A DNA stretch of 64,000 nt from Candidatus Nanoarchaeia archaeon (GTDB lineage: Archaea > Nanobdellota > Nanobdellia > Woesearchaeales > GW2011-AR4), in NCBI GenBank assembly GCA_035288925.1, contig DATDYS010000013.1, positions 22,168 to 86,167 on the forward strand, read 5' to 3'. The notes beneath the pieces were generated by a model. It did no database searches and was not told the DNA's origin. It saw only the letters and a program-made list of their open reading frames with translations. This document shows positions 49,104 through 58,815 of the stretch, piece by piece (position 1 is the stretch's first letter; each line of letters starts with the position of its first letter). The position numbers and the translations under genes were made by a program.

Positions 49104-50372
49104 ATGAATCCAAGAAATATGGAAGAATTACGGAACTTAACTTTAAAGGATGCTGTTGTTGCAGTCACGGCTGATGATTCAGCAATCGATAACACATTAA
49201 TTAAGCATGCGAGAGCCACTGGAAGAAAATCTTTTTTGCTGTCTTTCAGGCAAAACTCAAATGTCAGAAGCGGTTCTATCATAGAAGACAGTGTAGCATA
49301 TCGCCAGTTTTTTACGCTTGATGATATTATAAACAGGGTAAGCTCAGGAACTTCTTCAGAACCAGAGGAAGTTAAAAGCACATTTGGATATTTTCTTCTT
49401 CTTTATTCATTAGGCGTAGCCAGAGCAGAATCCATGGCAGCTTCCAATTTAGTGCTGCCGGATAATATATTTCCAGCAGGTGTAAACAATTTAGGGCATT
49501 TTTACAATGTTTTGCAGAATCTGACTAATGAAGGAACAAGCAGAGACACAAACATTGCCGTAAAACTTCTGCTTACAGAAAAGCCAAAGTTGCATTACGG
49601 AAAAAGATACTTGTCTCCTGACAAAGTTGCCGCATTGATTTCCGGCGGAACAGACAGCGTGGGCGTGTCATTTATAGAACACAGATTGGGGAAAACTGTT
49701 TTGCCGGTGCAGGTTATATATGACCAAGCGGCCAGGCATCAGGAATTGTGGTGCGTTGACAGAGTTGCTGAAGATTTGGGAATAAAAGCTGATGATTTAT
49801 GCATAGTTTATCTTCCGATGCTGAAAAATTTTGGCGCTTCCGGCCTTTTGCGGGATGATGTGCAAATAAATGCGCAGAACACAAAAATAGAATATGTTCC
49901 GTTTAGAAATACTGTACTTCTGGCTATTGCAATAATGCGGGCTGAATTAGTTGGCGCGAAGTATGTTGCCATAGGCGCAAATCACGATGATACTTTAGCA
50001 CCCGATGGGACTCCACAATATGTAAAAGCAATAAATGAAGTCATTCAGGCAGTTGATGGGCAGGTTCCGTCAGTAATAGCCCCTCTTCTGGGATTTGGAG
50101 GAAAGCCGGAAATCGTAAGAACCGGGCTTGATTTGGGAGTTAATTTTTCCCATACATGGTCATGCCACGCATATGTTCCTCCTCCGGAAGTTGGGCTTGA
50201 TGCAAAATCCTGCGGCACCTGCGGAAATTGTGCAACAAGATATTCTGCTTTCGAGATGCTTGGGCTCAAAGACCCTGTAGGATACAAGGAAATTCCAAAA
50301 CTGAGAACCAAGTGGGCCGGGCCGCAGGGAAATTATGAATCTCTGAGAAGTGCCCTTGGAATCAGGAAATAA
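49104..50372 (+). CDS. queC: QueC-like ATP pyrophosphatase with ~170 aa unknown N-terminal domain
   Basis: SGGTDS, YDQ..HQE, YVPFRN, TWSC..CGTCGNC..R. Confidence 0.85.
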   Translation: MNPRNMEELRNLTLKDAVVAVTADDSAIDNTLIKHARATGRKSFLLSFRQNSNVRSGSIIEDSVAYRQFFTLDDIINRVSSGTSSEPEEVKSTFGYFLLLYSLGVARAESMAASNLVLPDNIFPAGVNNLGHFYNVLQNLTNEGTSRDTNIAVKLLLTEKPKLHYGKRYLSPDKVAALISGGTDSVGVSFIEHRLGKTVLPVQVIYDQAARHQELWCVDRVAEDLGIKADDLCIVYLPMLKNFGASGLLRDDVQINAQNTKIEYVPFRNTVLLAIAIMRAELVGAKYVAIGANHDDTLAPDGTPQYVKAINEVIQAVDGQVPSVIAPLLGFGGKPEIVRTGLDLGVNFSHTWSCHAYVPPPEVGLDAKSCGTCGNCATRYSAFEMLGLKDPVGYKEIPKLRTKWAGPQGNYESLRSALGIRK

Positions 50373-51111
50373 CTTTTGATTTTTTCATTATTAAAAGATA
50401 CCTGCAGGAGCCGGTCTTAATTCCAAGCTTATAACTGAATTTCTTTTTTATTATTTTCAAAAAAGGCATATCTTTTTTTAAATTGAAGCCCGGGATTATT
50501 GGCGTATTTTCCAAGAGAAAAATCAAATCAGGCAATTTATAATATTCAGTTGAGTGATAATGATATTTTACTGATACATTAAAACCGGCATCTTTAGCTT
50601 TTTTGATGTACTCATCTATTAATTTTCCGTGCTTTTTGCAGTAAGACTGGCCCCTTCCAAATATGTCTTTAATGTTTTGCTTATCCCTTTCCCCTACTTG
50701 TTGCGTTATCAGCAGCCCGCCTTCTTTCATTACTCTGTAAGCCTCTTTGAAATTTATTGGAGCGTGCCTGCTTGCAATAATGTCAAAAGTTTTATTTCCA
50801 TAAGGAACCTTATTGTTGTCGCCAATTTTGAATTCTGCATTCTTTAGCTTAACATTTTGTTTTGCTTTTGCTATCATAGATTTCGAGTTATCTATCCCGC
50901 AAACTCTCTTGCATTTTTTTGCAAAGGGAATAATTTTCTCTCCGCTTCCGGTTCCCAAGTCAAGCAAAATGGAATTTTTAGTAATATATTTTCCAACAAC
51001 TGCTGTAAAATCCCACTTCTGATTCTTAACAGCCACCCCCTTATCTAATTTTGAGAAATCCCATCCGATTCTTTTTCCCACTGAATCATAAAATTCCTTT
51101 TCGCGCGTCAT
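50362..51111 (-). CDS. Class I SAM-dependent methyltransferase
   Basis: LLDLGTGSG, GIDNSKSMI, FDIIASR, LITQQV. Confidence 0.85.
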   Translation of the reverse strand: MTREKEFYDSVGKRIGWDFSKLDKGVAVKNQKWDFTAVVGKYITKNSILLDLGTGSGEKIIPFAKKCKRVCGIDNSKSMIAKAKQNVKLKNAEFKIGDNNKVPYGNKTFDIIASRHAPINFKEAYRVMKEGGLLITQQVGERDKQNIKDIFGRGQSYCKKHGKLIDEYIKKAKDAGFNVSVKYHYHSTEYYKLPDLIFLLENTPIIPGFNLKKDMPFLKIIKKKFSYKLGIKTGSCRYLLIMKKSKVIS

Positions 51112-51330
51112 AATTTAAAATAATAGTTAGTTATTATATAAATTTTTATCATTTGCTATGGGAAGCAACCTTTTTAATTAATAATTCTCCTGACGAAAAT
51201 ACGACAAAGCCCTTTCTAAATTAAATAAGTATTTAAATAAGTACTAAAATAAGTAAATTCTGTTTTCAGTAAGAATTTCAAACCACAAGACTTATAAATA
51301 AGTATTTTATTAAGTAATAAAATAAGTAGA

Positions 51331-51498
51331 ATGGTAGAATTCAAAAGAAAACTGTATAGGAGAGGCTCGAGCTTTGAGACGACTATCCCTATGCCGCTTC
51401 TGTTTGCTCTCGACAGGAAAAAAAAGTATAACGTTGTTTTTTCGTATGATGGGGAATCAAACAAGTGGTTTTTGAAGTTTGAAGAAATGGGAAAATAA
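51331..51498 (+). CDS. 55-aa AbrB-like small protein (absent from ORF track)
   Basis: MVEFKRKLYRRGSSFETTIPMPLLFALDRKKKY..., the RK...GSS...TIP pattern; TATA-like TTATAAATA upstream. Confidence 0.65.
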   Translation: MVEFKRKLYRRGSSFETTIPMPLLFALDRKKKYNVVFSYDGESNKWFLKFEEMGK

Positions 51499-51533
51499 AA
51501 ATTATAAAAAACAAAACAAACGAGGTGGATTAA

Positions 51534-51872
51534 ATGGGCAGGCGCTTTGAAGAAGTTATAGACGTGCTGGATTATGATGAATTGATGCGTTTTAAGTCTG
51601 ACCTGGACAGCGGGGCTGTAACTATCAAGAAACTGATGGAGGAAAAAATAAAGAAGAAGTTAAAAGAGCATGAGAAAATATGCGCCACGTGCTCGAACAC
51701 TTTGAACTTCTACAAGTCAAATAATTACACGATTGTATTCGGCCCCGATGATTTCAAGAAAAAAGCCAGCTTCTGCGGGCTGGACTGCCTGGAATATTTT
51801 ATCATAAAGCTAAAAGAGATGAATGACAAGCCGAAAGAAGACAACGTAAGCAACGCCGGCAGTTACATGTGA
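51534..51872 (+). CDS. Hypothetical Zn-binding protein
   Basis: CATC...FCGLDC; SD GAGGTG. Confidence 0.75.
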   Translation: MGRRFEEVIDVLDYDELMRFKSDLDSGAVTIKKLMEEKIKKKLKEHEKICATCSNTLNFYKSNNYTIVFGPDDFKKKASFCGLDCLEYFIIKLKEMNDKPKEDNVSNAGSYM

Positions 51873-51876
51873 AAGA

Positions 51877-54498
51877 ATGCACAACAAGCCCATAGAGCAG
51901 GTATTGAGGGAACTAAACACTTCAAATAATGGGCTGTCCCAGCAGGAAGCCGAGGAAAGGTTAAAGCAATACGGCTTCAATGAATTAAAGGAAGGAAAAA
52001 AGATTTCTCCGCTGGAAATTTTCATAAGCCAGTTCAAAAGCATCGTTGTGTGGATTTTAATTGTTGCAACGGTTATTTCAGCATTTCTAGGCGAGTACGT
52101 TGATTCGATTGTCATTTTCTCCATTATAATACTGATTGCCCTGCTGGGATTTTTCGAGGAGTACAGAGCCGAAAAAGCCATAGAGGCGCTGAAAAAGCTG
52201 GCGTCTTTAAGGGCAACTGTCATCAGGGACAGCCAGAAAAAGGAAATTGATGCAAAAAGCCTTGTGCCCGGCGATGTGATAATCCTGCAGACAGGCGACA
52301 AGGTGCCTGCCGATGCGCGCCTGATTGAGGTTTTCAACCTGCAGACACAGGAAGCCGCGCTTACCGGCGAATCCCAAGCCGTGAAGAAAAATATATCCCA
52401 GCTGGAAGAAAAAACAAGCATAGCCGACAGGCACAACATAGTTTTCTCCAGCACAATCGTCGTAAGCGGAAGGGCTAAGGCAGTAGTGATAGCAACGGGC
52501 ATGCAGAGCGAGATAGGAAAAATTGCCAAGATGATAGAGGAAGTAAAGCCCGAGCCGACGCCACTTCAAAAAGATATGGACCAATTGGGAAAATTTATCG
52601 GCACGATAACCCTCATTATAGCGGCGCTCATTTTTGCGGCTGGCATGCTGATTCGCCATTCCAACTGGGTTGACATGCTCCTTGTGTCAGTGTCGCTGGC
52701 AGTGGCAGCTATTCCGGAAGCGCTGCCGGCAGTCGTCACCATCTCCCTCGCCCTCGGCACCCAAAAAATGCTGAAGAGGAATGCGCTCATAAGAAGGCTG
52801 CCAAGCGTGGAAACTCTTGGCTCGACCACTGTAATATGCACCGACAAAACAGGCACGCTCACGGCCAACCAGGTGACTGTGAGAAAATTATACACTAATG
52901 GCAAGATAATAGATGCAACCGGCGTAGGCTACGGGACAAAGGGAATCTTTCTTTACAAAAACAAGCCGGTTCCGCCCGAAGAAATCGAACTTCTGCTGAG
53001 AATCGGAATACTGAACAATAATTCCGAGATAAAAGAGGGCAAGGTCATAGGCGATCCAACGGAAGCGGCATTGATTGTGAGCGCGGCCAGGCTTGGGCTG
53101 ATAAAAGAAGATTTTGATATTGAGTACAGAAGGATTGATGAAATTGAATTCACAAGCGAAAGAAAAATGATGACCACCATACACGGGCATCACGGCGAAA
53201 ATATTTCTTATGTCAAAGGCGCTCCGGAAGTTGTCCTGAAACTCTGCAATTTCATCTACATGAACGGGGAAATCAAAAAGCTGACAGCCGACATGAGGGA
53301 AGATATAATTGAGGCAAACAGGCAGTTTGCCGAAGGGGCGTTAAGAGTGCTGGGATTCGCCTATAAAACAATTGTTGACTCAAGCCCGGAAAAAAACCTG
53401 ATTTTTGTCGGCCTGCAGGGAATGATTGACCCGCCCAGGGAAGAAGTCAAAATTGCAATCGAGAAATGCAAGAAAGCGGGCATCAGGGTAATCATGATTA
53501 CTGGAGACCATGAGATAACAGCAAGGGCAATTGCAAAGGAGATTGGGCTGACTGGAAAAACAATAACCGGCGAGAAGCTTGACGAAATAAATAATTTGGA
53601 TTCTTTGGTTGAAGATATATCCATTTTTGCCAGGGTAAATCCGGAGCACAAGATTAAGATTGTCGATGCCCTGAAGAAAAAGGGCCACATTGTTGCGATG
53701 ACAGGGGATGGCATAAATGACGCGCCTGCATTAAAAAAGGCCGACATCGGCGTTGCGATGGGAATTTCAGGCACGGATGTAAGCAAAGAAGCAAGCGCAA
53801 TGATTCTTACTGATGATAATTTTGCATCAATTGTAAATGCAGTGGAGGAAGGAAGGGGGATTCATGACAATATAAAAAAATATTTTGCGTTCCTAATATC
53901 CGGCAATATAGGGGAAGTGCTGATAATATTCATTTCAATAATAATGGGCATTCCGCTCCCTCTGACCGTGACGCAGATTTTGCTCATAAATCTAGCAATG
54001 GACGGGCCTCCTGCCATATCACTTTCAGCGGAGCCTTCTGAGCCGGATGTGATGAGCAGGAAGCCAAGAAATCAAAAAGAGCCTATATACAGCAGAATTG
54101 GGAATTATGTATTTTTATTTCCTGCTGTGATGGTGGTGGCTGTGTTGCTGGTTTTCATTTATTTTTACCGCGCAGACGGCCTTGTAAAGGCGCAGACCAT
54201 GGCGTTCCTGACAATCATAATGTTCAGGCTCTTTGAAGTTTTCGCCTGCAGGTCGCTGACAAAAAATGTTTTCAAGATGGGATTGTTCAAAAACAGGTGG
54301 CTTGTGGCTGCAGTTGCGTCGTCATTTGCCATAGTTGTACTGACATTGTACGTTCCGCTCATGAACAAAATATTTGACACTATGCCCATAAGCATCCTTG
54401 AATTTCTTTTTATAATCCTGCTATCAAGCCTAGGGGCCATTGCAATTGAAATTTCAAAATTCCTTGGCAATAGGGGAAAAGCTGCTGTTAACATTTAA
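51877..54498 (+). CDS. P-type II cation-transporting ATPase (Ca2+-like)
   Basis: TGES, PEAL, DKTGTLT, KGAPE, TGDGINDAPALKKADIG. Confidence 0.95.
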   Translation: MHNKPIEQVLRELNTSNNGLSQQEAEERLKQYGFNELKEGKKISPLEIFISQFKSIVVWILIVATVISAFLGEYVDSIVIFSIIILIALLGFFEEYRAEKAIEALKKLASLRATVIRDSQKKEIDAKSLVPGDVIILQTGDKVPADARLIEVFNLQTQEAALTGESQAVKKNISQLEEKTSIADRHNIVFSSTIVVSGRAKAVVIATGMQSEIGKIAKMIEEVKPEPTPLQKDMDQLGKFIGTITLIIAALIFAAGMLIRHSNWVDMLLVSVSLAVAAIPEALPAVVTISLALGTQKMLKRNALIRRLPSVETLGSTTVICTDKTGTLTANQVTVRKLYTNGKIIDATGVGYGTKGIFLYKNKPVPPEEIELLLRIGILNNNSEIKEGKVIGDPTEAALIVSAARLGLIKEDFDIEYRRIDEIEFTSERKMMTTIHGHHGENISYVKGAPEVVLKLCNFIYMNGEIKKLTADMREDIIEANRQFAEGALRVLGFAYKTIVDSSPEKNLIFVGLQGMIDPPREEVKIAIEKCKKAGIRVIMITGDHEITARAIAKEIGLTGKTITGEKLDEINNLDSLVEDISIFARVNPEHKIKIVDALKKKGHIVAMTGDGINDAPALKKADIGVAMGISGTDVSKEASAMILTDDNFASIVNAVEEGRGIHDNIKKYFAFLISGNIGEVLIIFISIIMGIPLPLTVTQILLINLAMDGPPAISLSAEPSEPDVMSRKPRNQKEPIYSRIGNYVFLFPAVMVVAVLLVFIYFYRADGLVKAQTMAFLTIIMFRLFEVFACRSLTKNVFKMGLFKNRWLVAAVASSFAIVVLTLYVPLMNKIFDTMPISILEFLFIILLSSLGAIAIEISKFLGNRGKAAVNI

Positions 54499-54523
54499 AT
54501 ATCTCAAACAAGTTCTGTAGGTA

Positions 54524-56527
54524 ATGGGCAGTTTCATGCAAGTTTGCACGGAGATAGTTAAGGAGCTTAAGAAAAGCGATGTGAAAACGCAGCGACAGCT
54601 GAATAAAATTAAGCTTAAAATTCTGAATAAATATAAGTCCAAAGGGAATATAATTCAAATACCGAAAAACGCTGACATATACTTTGCCGCTTCTGAAAAA
54701 GACAGGAAAAAGTTCATGGAGCTTCTTTCACTAAAACCCGTTCGGACAATAAGCGGAGTCGCTCCGATTGCATTGATGTCAGAGCCTTATCCGTGCCCGC
54801 ATACTTTAAAGGGAATAGGCCCTTGCACTTACTGCCCTGGCGGCCCGGGCTCGCCGTTCGGGAATGTTCCGCAAAGCTACACCGGCAAGGAGCCTTCAAC
54901 AAGAAGGTCAATAAGAAGCAATTACGACCCTTACATGATAGTTTTCAACAGGCTCGAGCACTATGTCGCGATGGGCAAAGTTCCGGACAAGGCCGAAATA
55001 ATTGTTCAGGGCGGCACTTTCACCTTTTTTCCAAAGCTGTACCAGGAATACTTTGTAAAGTACGCGCTGAAAGCAATGAATGACTTCTCAAGGCTATTTT
55101 TCGATGACGGCGGAAACATAGACATGCTGAAATTCAAGATTTTCTTTGAGCTGCCGAGAATAATTTCCGAAGACGAAAAAAGAACAAAGTCAATACAAAA
55201 AAAATTATTGCAGATTAAGCATCTGGATTTAAGCGATTCAAAAGTATTTGATAAAATTAAGCATGATTTTTTTAATGATAAACTTACAAAATTTGAAAAT
55301 AATCAGGGAGGGAATTTAATGAACGCACCAGCTGCAGATTTCAAAGCCCTCCACCCACCCCTCGCTGTTGAACTTAATAGTGCCAGCAGTTCATTGAAAC
55401 TAACAAATATAAATAACGCAAATGTCAGGGCAATAAAAAATGTGCAGAACAAAATCAAAACTGAAAATTTAACTCCGTTGTCATTAAAGCAGATTCAGAA
55501 AGAGAACGAAACTGCCTTAATCAGGTGCGTTGGCCTTACAATAGAGACAAAAAGCGATTTTGGTAAATTATACCACGGAAACATTATGCTGGAATTGGGC
55601 TGCACAAGAGTGGAATTGGGAATTCAGTCAGTTTATGATAAGGTTCTCAAAGAAACTCACAGGGGAAACACAGTAGCGGACAATATTGAATCAATCAGGA
55701 TTCTGAAAGATTTGGGATTTAAAATAAACTACCACTACATGCCGGGCCTGCCGCTGACAACCAAGAAAATGGATTTGAAAGGGCTGAAAGAATTGTTCAA
55801 AAATCCAGATTATATGCCCGATATGCTGAAAATCTACCCATGCATGGTTATGGAAGGAACAAAATTATACGATGACTGGAAAGCAGGAAAATTCAGGCCA
55901 TTAACTACAAAAGAAGCTGCTGAGATGATTGCCGAAACAAAAAGAAATGTGCCAAAATGGTGCAGAATAATGAGGGTTCAAAGGGATATTCCCACAAATG
56001 CGACCGCAGGCGGCGTTGACAAAACGAACCTGAGGCAGTATGTTGAGAAAATCTGCAAAGAAAAAAATATCCACTGCAAGTGCATAAGGTGCAGGGAGGT
56101 AGGATTTTATTCAAAAAATAAGGATAACCTAAAAATAAATTTTGATAAAATAAAAATAACAACAACAGAGTATAAAGCGTCGCACGGAAAAGAATTTTTT
56201 ATTGAAGCGGAAGATAAAAAAAATGACATACTGATTGGATTTGTCAGGTTAAGATTTCCTTCCCAGTTCCTAAGGGAAGAAATAACAAAAAAATCCGCTT
56301 TGATAAGGGAGATTCACGTCTTCTCGTCCGCAGTCCAGATAGGCAAAAAATCAGAAGACAGCTTCCAGCACCGCGGTTTGGGAAAAAAATTGTTAAAGAA
56401 AGCGGAAGATATCGCAAAGCAGAGCGGAAAAAACAAAATGGTTATAATCTCAGGCATCGGAGCAAGGGAATACTTCAGAAAACTGAGTTATGAGATGGAA
56501 GGGCCTTATATGGTCAAAAAGATTTAA
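54524..56527 (+). CDS. elp3: Elp3 tRNA uridine(34) acetyltransferase with internal insertion
   Basis: PVRTISG, CPH..CTYCPGG, QSYTG.EP, GGTF, TRVELG, KIYP, QHRGLG. Confidence 0.93.
   Translation: MGSFMQVCTEIVKELKKSDVKTQRQLNKIKLKILNKYKSKGNIIQIPKNADIYFAASEKDRKKFMELLSLKPVRTISGVAPIALMSEPYPCPHTLKGIGPCTYCPGGPGSPFGNVPQSYTGKEPSTRRSIRSNYDPYMIVFNRLEHYVAMGKVPDKAEIIVQGGTFTFFPKLYQEYFVKYALKAMNDFSRLFFDDGGNIDMLKFKIFFELPRIISEDEKRTKSIQKKLLQIKHLDLSDSKVFDKIKHDFFNDKLTKFENNQGGNLMNAPAADFKALHPPLAVELNSASSSLKLTNINNANVRAIKNVQNKIKTENLTPLSLKQIQKENETALIRCVGLTIETKSDFGKLYHGNIMLELGCTRVELGIQSVYDKVLKETHRGNTVADNIESIRILKDLGFKINYHYMPGLPLTTKKMDLKGLKELFKNPDYMPDMLKIYPCMVMEGTKLYDDWKAGKFRPLTTKEAAEMIAETKRNVPKWCRIMRVQRDIPTNATAGGVDKTNLRQYVEKICKEKNIHCKCIRCREVGFYSKNKDNLKINFDKIKITTTEYKASHGKEFFIEAEDKKNDILIGFVRLRFPSQFLREEITKKSALIREIHVFSSAVQIGKKSEDSFQHRGLGKKLLKKAEDIAKQSGKNKMVIISGIGAREYFRKLSYEMEGPYMVKKI
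55301..55397. repeat. Structured repeat family B, copy 2 (in frame inside elp3)
   Basis: AATCAGGGAGGGAAT-N8-CGCAC-N17-GCCCTCCACCCACCC-N13-TTAATAGTGCC. Confidence 0.85.
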
Positions 56528-56566
56528 TAGGGTTATAAGATTACCAAAACTGTGTTTTAAAAATAG

Positions 56567-57841
56567 GTGATAAAAATTAAACATCAGAATGAAAAGGATT
56601 GGCCATACATCGTTGAATTTTTGCATCACGGGACAAAAAACCCTTACGTTGCGAATCTTGTCACATCTATAGCAAAAAAAACTCGCAAGGATAGTAAACT
56701 TGGGCCAAGAGATGCAATAGATACAATAAAAAGAGACGGGCTTAAAGGAGTCATCTCACTTTTTGAGCACGTTAATTCTGCAGATGTCTGGTCTGGAGGA
56801 ACAGTAAGGGGAATGCACCATGTCGGATCCTATACTGAATTGCAAAATATCGGACTCAGGACTAACATCCACGTAGGAAGCTCAGCTGGTGGGATAACTG
56901 CCGTCTTTAGGGCCTTTGATATGGGCTATAATCATCAACCAACAGGTTTGATTGATACCGATGCGGCTTCTCTCAATAGTTTTGTCATGAAGCTTTTAGA
57001 GAGCATTCAACTTCCAAAATCAGAAGGATGGATGGGTAAAATTATTTATTTGTTAAAAGAAATTTTAAGAGTTATTAAGCTCGAAGGAATTGTGCCATCT
57101 GACAGGCTGGAAAAATTATTGAAGGAAACCTTAAGCAAAAGCGAAGGAGTCCCCTTCCTCATGGAGGATGCTCCAAATTTATATCTCGTTGTCACGCATC
57201 TGAATAGCTCTAGAGAGCATAAGCTGGTTATCAATTCCCATAGCCAGCCAAAAGAGCAAATATGGAAAGTTTTAAGAAAGTCGGCAGGCCATGTATATTT
57301 GTTTAGGCCAATAAATGAAGAAGGGGAAATTTATATCGATGGGATAGTTGAGGGGTTTCCATTGATGACTGCAATGGATGCCGGTGCAGACATATCAATT
57401 GGATTTTTTGTTAATTACGGGCTTACTAATGAAAATTTGGAAAGAATTAACATCAAAAAAGTAATTGAAAAGGTCGTCGTTAGGTGGCCATTAAAGGTTG
57501 CTCAATACATCGGGATTACTCAAATTCCAAGAACACTTAGTTATTTTGATGCTTTAATTCACATACTTTCCATGCAAATAAACTCTAACAACTGCAAAAA
57601 TTTAACAGGCTACAGCCCAGACGAATTATCATCCAAAGGGGACCCGTACGGCAAAGTGCTGCTTGTTATGCCTGATATATCAAACGTTTCTCCTACTGAA
57701 TTCACAGTCCACACCTCAGAGGAATTGATAATCAGGGGCAGAAAGGATACATTAAAAGCAATTAAATATTTTTTGAATCCGGCATTTGCGCATGAGAAGT
57801 ATGACCCAAACTATTTTTCCAAAAAACTTATTAAATGTTAA
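56567..57841 (+). CDS. Patatin-like phospholipase
   Basis: SGGTVRG, GSSAG nucleophile elbow, YIDG. Confidence 0.75.
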   Translation: MIKIKHQNEKDWPYIVEFLHHGTKNPYVANLVTSIAKKTRKDSKLGPRDAIDTIKRDGLKGVISLFEHVNSADVWSGGTVRGMHHVGSYTELQNIGLRTNIHVGSSAGGITAVFRAFDMGYNHQPTGLIDTDAASLNSFVMKLLESIQLPKSEGWMGKIIYLLKEILRVIKLEGIVPSDRLEKLLKETLSKSEGVPFLMEDAPNLYLVVTHLNSSREHKLVINSHSQPKEQIWKVLRKSAGHVYLFRPINEEGEIYIDGIVEGFPLMTAMDAGADISIGFFVNYGLTNENLERINIKKVIEKVVVRWPLKVAQYIGITQIPRTLSYFDALIHILSMQINSNNCKNLTGYSPDELSSKGDPYGKVLLVMPDISNVSPTEFTVHTSEELIIRGRKDTLKAIKYFLNPAFAHEKYDPNYFSKKLIKC

Positions 57842-57861
57842 TTATAGTTTACTAAATTAAA

Positions 57862-58815
57862 ATGCAGACAAATCCATTTCACAATGCGGCTGAGATAACA
57901 TTCAAGCCCAAGTTTATAGAAAGGTATTCTAACCTAACAGACTGGGAAGAATTCAAGACATGCTCTTTGTCGTTTCTGCACCGCTCAATCCGCATCAACA
58001 CTTTAAAAATTTCAGTCAAAGAATTAAAGGAAAAGCTGGAAAAGAACTGGAATCTTGAGCAGGTTCCATGGTGCAAAGAGGGCTTTTTGATTGAGCACCA
58101 TAAAAAAGAAAGAAGAGATATTGGAAATTTAATCGAGCATTCATTGGGTTATTTTTACATACAGGAAGCGGCATCTATGATTCCGCCGATTGTTCTTGAG
58201 CCAAAGCCGCACGAAATCATTTTGGACATTGCAGCATCCCCGGGAAGCAAAACAACGCAAATTGCGCAGTACATGGAAAACAAGGGAATTCTGATAGCAA
58301 ACGATTACACATACGAGAGAATGAAGCCGCTGTCAATCAATTTGCAGAAATGCGGCGTTACAAACACAATAATAACTTTAATGGACGGACAGTGGTTTAA
58401 AAAATCCGGAATTGAATTTGACAGGGTCTTGGTTGACGCGCCCTGCTCCGGAACCGGCACTATTAGAAAAAGCCTGAAAACAATCGGCATCTGGAATCCT
58501 GACATGATTAGGAGGCTTTCAATAACCCAAAAGCAATTAATTGAAACGGGGTTTAATTTATTAAAAGAAAACGGAACTTTGACTTATTCAACCTGCTCAT
58601 TAGAGCCGGAGGAAGATGAGGCAGTTGTTGATTTCCTGTTAAATAAATATGAAAATGCAAAAATTGAAGAAATAAAATTAAATCTGAAAAGAAGCCCAGC
58701 AATTCTAGAGTTTGAAGATAAAAAATATTCAGATGAAGTCAAGAAATGCCTGAGAATCTGGCCGCAGGATAATAATACTGAAGGTTTCTTCGTGGCGAAG
58801 ATAAGGAAATCCTAA
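57862..58815 (+). CDS. RsmB/NOP2 family RNA m5C methyltransferase
   Basis: QEAASM, AASPGSKT, DAPCSG, YSTCS, GFFVA. Confidence 0.93.
   Translation: MQTNPFHNAAEITFKPKFIERYSNLTDWEEFKTCSLSFLHRSIRINTLKISVKELKEKLEKNWNLEQVPWCKEGFLIEHHKKERRDIGNLIEHSLGYFYIQEAASMIPPIVLEPKPHEIILDIAASPGSKTTQIAQYMENKGILIANDYTYERMKPLSINLQKCGVTNTIITLMDGQWFKKSGIEFDRVLVDAPCSGTGTIRKSLKTIGIWNPDMIRRLSITQKQLIETGFNLLKENGTLTYSTCSLEPEEDEAVVDFLLNKYENAKIEEIKLNLKRSPAILEFEDKKYSDEVKKCLRIWPQDNNTEGFFVAKIRKS

Noticed and set aside
43195..51330. attR duplication or integrase bounding the Que island
   Set aside because: No copy of the tRNA-Ser 3' end and no recombinase were found by eye, so mobility is unproven
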